A DNA stretch of 64,000 nt from Eutreptiella sp. 'Long Island Sound 2002' (lineage: Eukaryota; Protista; Euglenida), in the NCBI GenBank assembly GCA_964036045.1, contig OZ038378.1, positions 25,296,001 to 25,360,000 of the forward strand, written 5' to 3'. This document shows positions 27,401 through 41,097 of this stretch, one piece after another. The notes under the pieces were generated by a model that did not search any database, was not told the origin of the DNA, and saw only the letters and a program-made list of their open reading frames with translations. Every line of letters begins with the position of its first letter. The stretch's first letter is position 1. Both the position numbers and the translations under genes were made by a program.

Positions 27401-29199
27401 ATTGTATCACATAAAACCCCACTACAGCGCTAGTACACAAGTGCAACAACCCGTGCAAACCTACAAAAATTGTGCCCATCCCGTTTGGCACGTTAATATT
27501 TGTTCGTTGAACATTTCAAACAAGTTATATTAAATTTCAAATGTTAAACCGTATTAATTTTAAAGGGGGTTCCTAGGGTTAGGACTAGAAGATCTAAGCC
27601 GGTCCGAGGCTGCAGTGGTTGTAGGCACTAGGATTCTCCTACCTCGCAAAGAAAACATTTCACAGAAAAGCAATGGATTGTGCACGAGCTAGACTAATCA
27701 TGGTAGCCACCCATTGCATGATGTTGTAGGCCGAACATTGTAACAAGGGGCGCCAAGGGCACACCGTTTAGCGCAAACGGGATACCTCCATCATCGCAAT
27801 ATGCGTTGCTACTTTGCTTGTGCCGTATCTTGAAAGTAGGTTCCCGCCTCTAAAATATATTATGTGCATTCCAACCTCCATCATCGCAACATGCGTTGTT
27901 ACTTTGCATGTGCCCTATCTCGAAAGTGGGTTCCCGCCTCCAAACGATATTCTGTGCATTCCAAGCCCCCCGGAGGCAACATAGGATCTTACTAGGTTGC
28001 TGCAAAATACAACGCGGTTGTTTCGCAAAAAAAAATGACTCAATCTGGGAGAAGCATTTGACTCAAATGCTGTGCAGGCGCCACTGGGCATTAGACGCTA
28101 CGGTGTGACCATGGTGCCATGGTGGACGGTTGGTTTCCTACCGTGTACCATTTGGTGCGGAAGGGGTTGCTGGAACTGTGCCCCAACCTCATGGAGTGGT
28201 GGCAACGAGTCGCTGAAAACTACAGCCCCACCTTGTGTGATACGGATCTGAATTTTGGTGTATGCTCGCTAGAAGCAACAATAATTGTATGTTGTGACAC
28301 AAAATACCCCCCCCCTTTACCCCTTGCCCAACGGAGCCCTTGGGCAGGCACATGGCTACACTTGCCCTCTAGAAGTGCCCGACTTCTATGGTCACGGTCA
28401 CGGTGGCTAATCCGCCTCCCCCTACTGTGCAATGTCCCTATGCCGACTTGCACATTGTCCACGAGCCAGGACCGCAACAAGTAAGATGTCTCTAGAGCCT
28501 CTAGAGTCTAGAGTCTCTAGAGATGTTTCTAGACCGGTGTTGGATGGGGGGTTTACGAATGCCACACATTGTTCCTGCTAGCGGTGGCCAAACATCTGAG
28601 TGTTGTTGCGAATTGGGCCACACCGGGCCAAAAAAGGCAAAATTTGTGGCACTCAAAACTTGGAGGTTAGCGTGTAGTCAGGCCCCGACGGTAAAGAAAT
28701 AGGAGAAGCCAACACCAACTGCCACTTTGTAGGGGTGGAAGAAAAAAAATCGTGTGCGAAGGGGGTGGGTCGATGGCGCCCCTTTGCGAACCCCCCCCCC
28801 CCTTCATGGCTACCGGGACTGGTGCTATACCTGAGCCCCCAACGCCCGCCAACGGTGGTGGTACTCATCTTCCGTCATTCCGACCACATCCCGTGGCACA
28901 AAGAAAAATGGAGGATGTAGCGCCACCTGGGCCTCCCATGGGCACAAACTACTAGGATGCGCATGTAACATGTGAGGAACAAGAATCAGCAACAGACTTA
29001 GCATCCAAGTCTCAAGCACAGGTGCAGTCAAAGCTCGAATCGGAGCTAGAGTTGGAGCCGGAGCTGGTGGAAGAAGTTTGGGCAGTGAGGGGATAACCCT
29101 TGCCCTCTCGGGGGCCCACATGTGGGTAAAAGGGCAACATAACACCTGCCGTCTCGGGGCCCCCAAATGGGTTAGAAAAGGACCCCCAATAAGTTCAGT

Positions 29200-31100
29200 A
29201 ATAGGTTTGTCACGGGAGCCCCTTTCCCAACCGCACCCCCCCATCCTTCAAGGGGCTCCAACCACCCCCTGGCGCACAAACCATTTACCCCCTCCGTAGG
29301 CAAGAGTTGTTTTCCCATCCACCAAATGCCACTACATGTAATGGCCCGCCCTATGCCAAAATAGGGCAAACTTAATAGACTCAGAAGTTTGGGCTGGCAT
29401 AGAGTGGTCGGCCCGGCCACAACTCGGATAGGCGCACTCTTCTTCCGAGACGCACTAGTTTTGCAATGAGACTGAACAGTCAACCACAAATATATCCCCA
29501 ACACCACTTGCCCCGATCAGAACCCTGCAACAAGGACCTCTTTGGGACTATTTGTCATGCCCTGTCTAGAGTGCAAATCTTCATGACCTTGCACTCTTGC
29601 CCACGTGCTATGAGAGCCACGTTATTCACTCGCGTGAGCCGTTCCCCAATTGACGCTATTGCCCTAGGACCGATTGGGCCTCGTGAGTGATGCGCCCATA
29701 GCAAGATGGAGCGGATGTCTCTTTCCATGACCCGGATCCCGTCCTCGTGTCGTAAGGGTAAACACCCTCTGATATCCTTCATCTTCTGCGTATATGCAGC
29801 TGCCACTATCACTTTAAAGCATGTGAAGAGCGCCTCTACTGCCCCCCTTCCATGCCGCCTTTTGGTCTCGTTGTAGAAACTTGACTTGTAGGTTTGCTAC
29901 CAATTCTACAAAATTGTTGAATACCTTTCGAGCATCTCTTATACGTACCCATTGACCACCTTGCACGAGGGCCGCTCATGCATTGTGACGGGGCTGCATG
30001 GTGGCATGGTTGCTGACACATAGCATAGGTTCTTAGGATGTGTGTATGCATAGCCTACCCTTCCTCTCTGTCATTTGTTGACCATTGCATCAGCTTCTAT
30101 GTCTTGCTTCTATGTCGGGATATTCTTGAAGGGGTGGTGTAGTATTTGTAGTTTTCTAAAATGAACATCCCACAGCGAAGTGTGCCGCTTGTCCAAAACC
30201 ATATATACCGCAATGGTGGAAGAGTTGGTCCACGAACCCTGAGTTGAGTCTATTAGTTGTCCATTCTTTTGCTTGAGTAGATGGGTCCATTGACACTCAT
30301 ACAACTATCAGTTGTTACATGAATGGTAAGCTATCCGGGAAATCTTCGGAATCCCGGATCTTGAACTGCTGCAATGAAACATGGAATATAAGCAACACCA
30401 GTGTGTTTTCCAACCAACATGCTGTGCGATGGGTGGCACTACAGTGTGGCATGGAAGCCCCCCACCAACCATCCCCGCACGCACATTTTGACGGGCAGTA
30501 GAGAGGATCCATTTTGGTGTTTGCAATGTTCATCCAAAGTCACCATGGTGTGACGCTCCAGAATAACGGGCACAATTTGCAGATTATGAGGTGCAGGTCC
30601 TCGAGTATTGTTGACATCGTGCCCTCCATCCACGTTGCTAGTGATGTGGGTCTCGAGTCCAAATTTGGCCGGATGCATCAAAGTTAGCCGCTTGAAGGAC
30701 CTCCAAAGCGACAAGCCATCAGGTAGAGGTGACAACACTATGGGTGTTTGCTTGCGCCCGTGGTGAGCAAGAAATGAAGGGCTACCCCGTATTGTTAGAC
30801 TGTAGCGTAGCATAAGTTGTCCCGGATGTGCGGTACACACGTGAGGCCCCACATCGTGCCACGGAACCGTGCTTGCAAGAGGGTACCTGGTAAGATGCAT
30901 GGCAGCACATGCGCTGTGGTGAGCGACTCAGTCTTGGTCCACCACGGATGGCCGTGTTGTGTGGGATCACATTGTTGTCCGAGGCCGACAAAAGCATGAA
31001 AAGCACAATTATGGATTTTTGAATCCACAAGCCACATCACAGCATCCATTACACTGGTGTGAATACCCAAAAAATTATGTTGCATAGCCCTTTGCTCTTT
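29200..31100 (-). pseudogene. Heavily decayed family-A-like transposase relic
   Basis: Weak matches only: EDLHLIICKLCPLFW vs LIIICADATPQW, RAIASIGERL vs RIANAIVKRV, and LPTEGVN vs IPTEYRN. Confidence 0.4.
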
Positions 31101-31447
31101 GGCCGGTGGCATGGGTACAATAAGCATGTGCTCCTTAGTGACCTAGATTAAAGCCAATGTAATTAATATCCGGTGCAAAATCAATGAGATTAATACCAGG
31201 TTTTGTGTTTTTGCATGATGTTTGGGGGGCACCTAGGGGAAATTCCCACCCCTACCGGATGTTGTGCATGTTCAATGGTCATTTCCTTCCGGGGTTAGGG
31301 AGGGGGGCGCAAATGAAAATCTACATAAATGTCAAAATGCTACTGACCATCAATATTTCAAATCAAGATTTGGCATTAATCTTTGAGATGAAAAAAATTA
31401 CTCTGTCACGGGCATGAATATTAACTTGCAAATATTAATTGAAATTT

Positions 31448-31660
31448 TCACGCAACCCGTAAAAGCACCAACACAACGACGTACTTTGAAACCATTTTTT
31501 TGTTTTGTGTACCTAGCGCACCATGGTTGGTGAACCCAATGGAGAGTTGGGTCCAACTCCCACCGGCACATGGGTACACATCCCCACGCAAAAGGAATGT
31601 TAGGGGCTTTGTCCAATCGATAGCATCTGCAGGTGAAGGCTGCGATTGGACATAGCGCAC
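31448..31660 (-). pseudogene. Family-B transposase fragment
   Basis: DAIDWTKPLTFLLRGDVYPCAGGSWTQLSIGFTNHG matches the 52.7-kb and 26.7-kb copies. Confidence 0.8.
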
Positions 31661-31914
31661 CCCAGCTATGTGTATAAGGTCTGATGTCTGATGTCTGATA
31701 AGGGATGTTGTGTGTGTGGTCTTGGGGTGCAGCCAAGGAAGGATGGCCTAAGAACCCCCCCCTTCCTAGGGTCTTTCTACTCCTACACGTTACGACGGCA
31801 CCCGAAGACTTTGAACACAAACACCACACCTTCAATGCACCTACTTTGGGGGACATTGGGTCCCGGGTCGGTGATACCCCATTTTTGGGGTGTTTTTGGA
31901 AACCCCGTTTGGGG

Positions 31915-32060
31915 CAAGAACCCCCCTAGGAACCCCCCTTCCTAGCCAGGAAGCGGGGTTTCTAGGGGGGTTCCTTGGCAGGAACCCCCCCCTTCCTAGA
32001 CCCCTTCATGGGCAGGAACCCCCCTTCCTAGACCCTTCCTATGACCCTTCCTGTCCCGAG
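31915..32060. repeat. CCCTTCCT array 3-prime of the split transposase
   Basis: AACCCCCCTTCCTAG repeats. The inner edge GACCCTTCCTGTCCC is a near reverse complement of GGGACAGGAAGTGGTC at ~42273. Confidence 0.8.
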
Positions 32061-32122
32061 GCAATAGCACACAAATCCGTTCGCTGGGGCTTGAATCGCA
32101 TTGTGCCACCACATTGATGTTG

Positions 32123-32684
32123 TCACTGGTCCACATGCCGCTTGCGTCGCTTGACAACGGCTGCACCGCGGCCTTGCCGCGCCTCGTACAATTGCAAACC
32201 GACACTCAACGCATCGGTGTGCACCACGTGCCTCATTCCGAGGCGTGTGATGCGGGGTCGCCGAAGACACCAACCGCGCATCGAGTTTTTGAGATGCCGC
32301 TTGAACGGTTGGTTTCTGTATTCTGTCGGAATACTGCGAAAAATGTACAAACTGCCAAAGCGACGGGCAAAATATGCGCCGCGAACACATGCCCAATGTA
32401 CCCAAGGGGTCACACCCCATTGCAATTTACCCCAACACTCCCCTAAACGGTCACTCGCGGACTCCAATTCCTTGAGTTCGGCCTGTGTTAGCCAATCCCT
32501 TTTGCGCCAGAGCGCGTGCATTCGATGCATTGATAATAACACATGCTTCATCAATAGGAAAAATTTCACGCCACCAAAGGCCACGTCGGGTAGGTTGTCC
32601 CGCAATACGGCCACAACTCGGCCATGTAATGCACTGTCTTCAAAAAACATTTTGCCACCTGTTATATCAAATTTTCCGGCCTTG
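32123..32684 (-). pseudogene. Family-A RAG1/Transib-like transposase, C-terminal part
   Basis: KAGKFDITGGKMFFED...WGVTPWVHWACVRGAYFARRFGSLYIFRSIPTEYRNQPFKRH parallels the RAG1 segment carrying the His ligands and catalytic Glu. It joins in frame to 39138-40326 once the foldback insertion is removed. Confidence 0.85.
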
Positions 32685-35600
32685 TGTACCTGCGGCTCAC
32701 TGGTGGCTAAGTGGAAATGTGAAGTTGGGGCTCATTTGGGGCTCAGTTGTGCATTGCGATGTCTTTGTGCTTGTTTGTTGTGCGTTTTGCATGCTCGGTA
32801 ATGTGCATTTAATGTTTTTAGAAGTTTTAGATACTCACTTGGTCAAGGTTCAAGGTGGGGGGTACTTTTTTTGGCGACGGCTCAGTTGACTGAGCGCCCG
32901 ACTGAGCCGTCACTGAGCCGTCACTGAGCCGGCTCACTGAGCGCTCACTGAGCGCTCACTGAGCGCGCCAAATGGCTCAGTGAGCGCTCAGTGAGCGCTC
33001 ACTGAGAGCTAATTGGGGGCTCACTCAGGGCTCACTCAGGAGTTTCTCCCCCTTTCCGCCCTCTCTTCCCACCCTTGCTGGCCCACACTTCACCCTTTTC
33101 ACACCAACATTGGTCCGCATTTCTCACCACGTCTTTTCTCCAAGAACTTGAGCGTGCATGCACACATACATACTTGCATACATGTACCCGTGGCGACAAA
33201 CATACAAACATCCAAACACACACACTTCGTCAGGGACACAAATATCCAAACACATACACACACATACACCATACACACGTCCACACACACATGCACATGC
33301 ACAAATTGACAACCACATTCATTCTTGTGTGCAATTATCTTGCGTGTACATAAACACATGGCCACATTGAACCATGTGAAGTGAAGGGCTAGGGAGAGAT
33401 GGTTACGGGGTTGGGGTTTGGGGATATGAACCTAACCATTTGCGAGGGTGTTCCTTGTTGCCTCATGACAATGGCACCCCCCCCCCCCCCCAGACACACA
33501 CACACACACGGGCGCGCGCGCCATGAAGCACAAATAGGGCACAGAGGATATTGCTCGCTTTTGTGAGGTTGATCATACAACCATCGTGACCTACACCATG
33601 ACACACTCATTCCCCTCCGTCCTTATCCCCCCCCGTCCCCTTTTGCCATGCCTGATCCCCCCGCTTACCCCATGCCAACCCCTTCTCTTATCTTGCCTGT
33701 CGCGTCCCCTTGCCCAGCCCTTGCCATGCCTTCCCTATTTATTGCCATGGCATCGAGTGCATGATGGTGGCGGCAATGACGATGACCTTTGCAGGTATGT
33801 TGTGCTAGTGTGTGTGTTCGCGGGTGTGTGCTTGTGCCCATGCGTATGTGCGCAAGTGTGGATGGTTTGTTCCCTCTTGGTTTCTCTCATTTAGTGTGTT
33901 TGTATGTATGTTTGTGTGTGAGTCGGGGGGGGGGGGGGGGTTGCTTGGATCGATGCATGGGTGAAGGTGTCCTTGTGCGTCACTGTGAGTGTGTGACTGC
34001 ATTCTTTGGTTTCCGGTTGTCTAGGTTTGTTTGCGTACGTGGATTCGTGAATGTGTGTACGCGCAGGTGTGTGTGTGTGTGTGTGCCAATGTGTGTGTGT
34101 GTGTGTGTGTGTGTGTTGCAGCTTTTGCGGCTGTTGTTTTGGATCCTGTTGTTGGTTTTGGTGTTGTGTGGCATAGGCTTTGATTGTGTGCGCATAACAT
34201 TGTGTTTGTGGCTGCAGATGCAGGTATGCTTGCGTTTGTGGTTGTGGCTGTGGTTCTGGGCTTGCGTGAGGTTGTTGCCATGGCTGTTGTGGTAGCTGTC
34301 GTTCTTGGTGTGGTTATGGTAGTGGCTGTGGTTGCGGCTTTGCTTGTGGGTGTGGGTGTGGGTGTGGGTGTGGGTGTGGGTGTGGGTGTGGGTGTGTGTC
34401 TGCAAGCTGTGTTGTGTGTGGATTTGGTTGTGGTTGTGTCAGTGTGTGTGGCCCTGGCTGTGGCGAAGGCTGCAGTTGCAGCTTTCACTGTGGCTGCAGC
34501 TGTTCTTTGGGTGTAGCTGTGGGGGGGGGGGGGGTGGTAAAGGACTACAAAGAGGGGGGCTGAAATCACCATCCACCCCCTCCCAAACAAGACCGCACCA
34601 AGTTTACAGTGACATTGTACAGTGACAGTGTACAATGACAGTGTATAGTGAGAGCATACAGTGCGTGTGGAGTGACAGTGTAGAGTGCTAGTATAGAGAC
34701 TTGGGCGTTGTGGCGGACGTACTGTGCGTGGGGATACATTCTATGAGACCTTGGGGAGTACAGTGTACAGAGTACAGTGTACAGTGTACAGTGTACAGTG
34801 ACAATGTACAGTGATAGTGTATAGTGACAGTGTGCAATGGCAGTGACAGCGTACAGTGCCAGAATACAGTGTACCATGTACAGTGACAGTAGATAGTGAC
34901 ACCATTGACAGTGTACATGGACAGTGTACAGTGACAGTGTACAGTGACAGTGTACAGTGACAGTGAACCATGAGTGAGCCCTCACTGAGCGCTCACTGAG
35001 CCATTTGGCGCGCTCAGTGAGCGCTCACTGAGCCATTTGGCGCGCTCACTGAGCGCTCACTGAGCGCGCGAAACGGCGCAGTGAGCGCTCAGTGAGCGCG
35101 CCAAATGGCTCAGTGAGCGCTCAGTGAGGGCTCACTCATGGTTCACTGTCACTGTACACTGTCATTGCACAGTGTGTATTGCACACTGCACACTGCACAC
35201 TGTGTATTGCACACTGCACACTGCATACTGTGTACTGCACACTGCACACTGCACACTGTGTGTTACAAATTGCACACTGCACACTGCAATGCACACTGCA
35301 CACTGTAATGCACACTGCACACCCTGTAATGCACACTGCACACTGTGTATTGCACACTGCACACTGCACAGTGCACCGTGTGCAGTGTGCAATACCCAGT
35401 GTGCAGTGGCACAGTGCACACTGCGCAGTGCACCGTGTGCAGTGTGCAATGCCCAGTGTGCACCGTGCAGTGTGCAATACACGGTGTGCAGTGTGCATTA
35501 CACAGCGTGTAGTGTGCAGTGTACACTGCGCACTGCACACTGTGTACTGCACACTGCACACTGTAATGCACACTGCACGCTGTGTATTGCACACTGCACA

Positions 35601-38600
35601 CTGTAATGCACACTGCACACTGTGTCATGCACACTGCACACTGTGCATTACAAACTGCACACAGCACGCTGTCATGCACACTGCACACTGTGTATTGCAC
35701 ACTGCACACTGCACACTGTGTGTTACAAATTGCACACTGCACACTGCAATGCACACTGCACACGGTGTATTGCACACTGCACACTGTATACTGTGTATTG
35801 CACAGTGCACACTGCATACTGTGTATTGCACTGTGTGTTACAAATTGCACAACGCACACTGTAATGCACACTGCACACTGTGTAATACACTCTGCACACT
35901 GTGTATTGCACACTGCACACTGCACGCTGTGTATTGCACACTGCACACTGCACACTGCACACTGTGTGTAGTGTGCACTACACAGGGTGTAGTATGCCGT
36001 GTGTGATGTAATCCACACGGCACACCGTGTAATGCACACTCCACACTGTGTCATGCACACTACACCCTGCACCGTGTGTATTGCACATTGGGTATTGCAC
36101 AGTGCACCGTGTGCAGTGTGCAATACCCAGTGTGCATTACGCAGGGTGCGGTGTGTAGTGTGCAATACACAGTGTGCAGTGTGCATTACAGTGTGCAGTG
36201 TGCAATTTGTATTGCACAGTGTGCAGTGTGCAGTGTCCAATACACAGTGTGCGGTGTGCATTACAGTGTGCAGTGTGCAATACACAATGTGCAGTGTGCA
36301 ATACACAGTGTGCAGTGTGCATTACAGTGTGCAGTGTGCAATACACAATGTGCAGTGTGCAATACAGAGTGTGCAGTGCGCAGGGTGCAGTACACAGTGT
36401 ACACTGCGCACTACACACTGTGTAATGCACACTGCACACTGTGTCATGCACAGTGCACACCGTACAGTGCAAGCATTTGGGCGCTCAGTGTGCAGTGTGC
36501 AATACACAGTGCGCAGTGTGCATTACAGGGTGTGCAGTGTGCATTACAGTGTGCAGTGTGCAATTTGTAACACACAGTGTGCAGTGTGCAGTGTGCAATA
36601 CACAGTATGCAGTGTGCAGTGTGGAATACACAGTGTGCAGTGTGCAGTGTGCAATACACAGTGTGCAATGACAGTGTACAGTGACAGTGAACCATGAGTG
36701 AGCCCTCACTGAGCGCTCACTGAGCCATTTGGCGCGCTCACTGAGCGCTCACTGCGCCGTTTCGCGCGCTCACTGAGCGCTCAGTGAGCGCTCAGTGAGC
36801 GCGCCAAATGGCTCAGTGAGCGCTCACTGAGCGCGCCAAATGGCTCAGTGAGCGCTCAGTGAGGGCTCACTCATGGTTCACTGTCACTGTACACTGTCAC
36901 TGTACACTGTCACTGTACACTGTCCATGTACACTGTCAATGGTGTCACTATCTACTGTCACTGTACATGGTACACTGTATTCTGGCACTGTACGCTGTCA
37001 CTGCACACTGCACACTGCCACTGCACACTGTCACTATACACTGTCACTGTACATTGTCACTGTACACTGTACACTGTACACTGTACACTGTACTCTGTAC
37101 ACTGTACTCCCCAAGGTCTCATAGAATGTATCCCCACGCACAGTACGTCCGCCACAACGCCCAAGTCTCTATACTAGCACTCTACACTGTCACTCTACAC
37201 GCACTGTATGCTCTCACTATACACTGTCATTGTACACTGTCACTGTACACTGTCACTGTAAACTTGGTGCGGTCTTTTTTGGGAGGGGGTGGATGGTGAT
37301 TTCAGCCCCCCTCTTTGTAGTCCTTTACCACCCCCCCCCAGAGCTACAGCCTGAACCCAAAGAACGGCTGCAGCCACAGTGAAAGCTGCAACTGCAGCCT
37401 TTGCCACAGCCAGGGCCACACACACTGACACAACCACAACCAAATCCACACACAACACAGCTTGCAGACACACACCCACACCCACACCCACACCCACAAC
37501 CAAAGCCGCAACCACAGCCACTACCATAACCACACCAACAACGACAGCTACCACAACAGCCATGGCAACAACCGTACGCAAGCCCGGAACCACAGCCACA
37601 ACCACAAACACAAGCATACCTGCGTCTGCAGCCACAAACACAATGTTATGCGCACACAATCAAAGTCTATGCCACACAACACCAAAACCAACAACAACAT
37701 CCAAAACAACAGCTGCAACACACACACACACACACCTGCGCGTACACACATTCACGAATCCACATACACGCACGAACCTAGGCAACCAGAAACCAAAGAA
37801 CACAGTCACACACTCGCAACCACTCACACACAAAGACACCTTCACTCACGCATCGATCCATGCAACCCCCCCCCCCCCCCCCACACACACACAAGCAGAC
37901 ATACAAACACACTAAATGAGAGAAACCAAGAACGAACAAACCATCTATAGCTGCGCACATGCGCATGGGCACAACTACACACGCACGCAAGCACGCACAC
38001 ACGCACCCACACACATAATAGCACAACATACCTGCAAAGGTCATCGTCCTTGCCGCCACCATCATGCAGGTGATGCCATGGCCAAAAAATAGGAAAGGTA
38101 GGACAAAGGGGACGGGACAGGCAAGAGAACGGAAGGGCTACGCACGAGGGAAGCGGTGGAACGCAGCATAACGAAAGGGGAGGGGAGTGGACAAGGAGGG
38201 AGGGGTATCAATGTGTCATGGTGTAGGTCACGATGGTTGTATGATCAACCTCACAAAAGCGAGCAATGTCCTTTGTGCCCTATTTGTGCTTCATGGTGTG
38301 TGTGTGTGTGTATGGGGTGGGTGGGTGCCATTTTCATGAGGCAACAAGGAACACCCTCGCAAATGGTTAGGTTCACATCCCCGAACCCCAACCCCGTAAC
38401 CATCTCTCCCTAGCCCTTCACTTCACATGGTTCAATGTGGCCATGTGTTTATGTACACGCAAGATAATTGCACACAAGAATGAATGTGGTTGTCAATTTG
38501 TGCATGTGCATGTGTGTGTGGACGTGTGTATGGTGTATGTGTGTGTATATGTTTGGCTATTTGTGTCCCTGACGAAGTGTGTGTGTTTGTATGTTTGTGT

Positions 38601-39137
38601 GTTTGTCGCCACGGGTACATGTATGCAAGTATGTATGTGTGCATGCACGCTCAAGTTCTTGGAGAAAAGACGTGGTGAGAAATGCGGACCAATGTTGGTG
38701 TGAAAAGGGTGAAGTGTGGGCCAGCAAGGGTGGGAAGAGAGGGCGGAAAGGGGGAGAAACTCCTGAGTGAGCCCTGAGTGAGCCCCCAATTAGCTCTCAA
38801 AGAGCGCTCACTGAGCGCTCACTGAGCCATTTGGCGCGCTCAGTGAGCGCTCAGTGAGCGCTCAGTGAGCGCTCAGTGAGCCGGCTCAGTGACGGCTCAG
38901 TGACGGCTCAGTCGGGTGCTCAGTCAACTGAGCCGTCGAAAAAAAGAAACCCCCCCGGTCAAATCCTCTTGGCCTAGGGATTGGTGTCCCTTTGGGGACA
39001 TTCCAAAACCCCAACCCAACCCCGAAAGCCACAACTTTTCATATGAAACCCCTTGAAAAACACCACTTAGCCCCAAATGAGCCGTTTTAGCCCCAACTGA
39101 GCCCCAACTTCACATTTCCAAGTGAGCCGCAGGTACA
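32685..39137. mobile_element. 6,453-bp foldback-type non-autonomous TIR element, 2-bp TSD (TG)
   Basis: Ends TGTACCTGCGGCTCACT.../...AGTGAGCCGCAGGTACA, with TG at 32683-32684 and 39138-39139. Arms ~32.7-35.0 kb and ~36.86-39.1 kb are reverse complements. The centre is low-complexity CACTG/GCACACT repeat. Confidence 0.92.
34950..36900. repeat. GCACACT/CAGTGT satellite core bracketed by two GCTCACTGAGC hairpin blocks
   Basis: Local palindromes at ~34950-35165 and ~36665-36900 (CAGTGAACCATGAGTGAGCCCTCACTGAGC...GCTCAGTGAGGGCTCACTCATGGTTCACTG). The satellite strand switches several times between them. Confidence 0.9.
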
Positions 39138-40326
39138 TGGTTGGCCGGGGAGCCAAGCGCTCAGCATGCGGAACGTTTTTCACCTCATCCAAAAGCTTGT
39201 GAAGCTCCAAAACCAAAGCTTTCCCTGCGTCCCTTGCGGCACGGGCAACGTCGGGTTCACCGTTTTCAATCAAATCTTTCAATGTTTCATTGACTCGCTT
39301 AACAATTGCGTTCGCAATACGACATGACCCATGCTCCACGTCACCAACGCGGTTGCATGGGCCAATTGCCCTCAAAAAAAAGCCCCACCTGCATTGGGCC
39401 GGTACACAAATTGGCACGTGCACAATGCAATGGCAGCCTATCCAACATTTCCCCTTGTGATAATTGGCCGAAAGCATGGCCTTGCCATCACCTGTCAGGG
39501 CACATACACTGGGGATGCGATTCCCCAAGTGCCAAACAACCACAGTGGACAAAACATCCAAAACATCCTGATTCAGGTTTGCCTTAGTGTCAATGGCCCG
39601 GAGACAATGCGTGTCATCCGGTCCGTCCAGCGCCCACCACGTCGCCCAGCGTCGCACGTCGCCTGCAGCTGCTACACCCTCTGACCAAACGGTCACGTGG
39701 ATGTCCCACTTGGTGGCCGAGGTCTGCCACTGTGGAGTGGCATCTGCGCAAATGATAATCAAAAGCCGGTCTTGACGAGGGATGTGAAAGGTACCGCACG
39801 CCCTACTCAACGTCAGCTAGCTTTGCACTACTTCAAGGAGTGGACATACAGCGGCATATCGGCGCGATACCACCCCCGATGAAACCTCTAGGGCCGTCGC
39901 GACATATGGCAGCAATTTGCTACGCCCCTCCATTAATTCCCTTCCTGTACGATTGCGCTCCAATTTTAACATGTTGCGCGTGGAGAGGCTCATTTGGTGT
40001 GCCGTTTGCAAAACTTGGATCACTTCCTCGGAGACATGCTGTTCGTCGTCATCGCGCACCTCGTGGTTGTTGGACTCAATCACTATACCGTTACCGGTTG
40101 CGCGCACAACGATGTCGGCATCTCCAAGCACGGCGCCCACAACGTCGCGAATGCATTTCCGTCTCTGTCGGCGCGCATCACCCTCTAGATCCCAATACGG
40201 GGTCACTCGAACGACACTCCCAAGGAAATTTGCGACGGCCTTTTGCATTACATTGAAAAAAAGGGGAAGCCTGCCAAGAATTGTGAGGGCACGATGTGCA
40301 CAGGATGTGCCACAGGAACCCCACAT
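39138..40326 (-). pseudogene. Family-A RAG1/Transib-like transposase, N-terminal and catalytic part
   Basis: ORFs 39817-40326 and 39067-39810 are in the same frame, separated by one TAG. Motifs LIIICADATP (D1), ALTGDGKAM (D2), KCWIGC and VGDVEHGSCRIANAIVKR. Aligns throughout with ORF 54781-55626. Confidence 0.88.
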
Positions 40327-40535
40327 AAACCCCCTTCCTGCACAGGAACCCCCCCCCTTCCTCGCCAGGAAGGGTCATAGGAACCCCACAGGAACCCCCC
40401 TTCTTGTACAGGAAGACCCTTCCTAGACCCTTCCTGGACCCCTTCCTGCACAGGAAACCCCCCCCCCTTCCTGCACAAGAACCCCCTTCCTGTACCCCTT
40501 CCTAGACACTTTCTGCACAGGAACCCCCCCCCTTC
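40320..40535. repeat. TTCCTGCACAGGAA array
   Basis: CCCCTTCCTGCACAGGAACCCC repeats, inverted relative to 42270-42535. Confidence 0.85.
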
Positions 40536-41097
40536 CTGTACCTGGTGTTTCGGTGTACTGCCCAATCTGTTCCCCTCTCAGACAGTCTGGTCCTCTCGGA
40601 CACCCTTGTCACATTGGGGCATTGCAACCACACATGCGATGCAACTGCGTCCAGGCTTGGAGACATTGGGAATCTCGGTGGTGTCCCCAAGGGTGAAGCT
40701 ATGTGAAGCCCCCCGCTCGTGGCACCACCTTACGCGCCCTGCGCACGACGTGACTAGTATCCTACGCGACTGTCGCGCACAAAATTAGGGTCAGGGTTAT
40801 GGATTATGGGTTATAAGGGTTATCGGGTTTTTTGCGCACCGCGTCGCACAACCCTTGGCGCGTTCGCACAGCCATGCATGCATGCGTGCAATCTTGGGAG
40901 TGGCCTGGTCGCAGCACACGTGCACTGCAACCAACGGGACGCAACTCCCTTGCAGTGTGCCACCAAGGGTTGTCTATCCACGTCTCATGCATGCCCACAC
41001 CGGTTGGCAGAACCCGAGCACCCCTCAATAGCCACCAGGCCAGAGGGACACTTGGGATCCTTGCGCTCTCATCGCCGCCGTGCCTCGCCACTCCTCA

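Noticed and set aside
33789-38800. His/Cys/Thr- and Val/Cys-rich ORFs
   Set aside because: Products of CA/GT and CACTG low-complexity repeats inside the foldback element.
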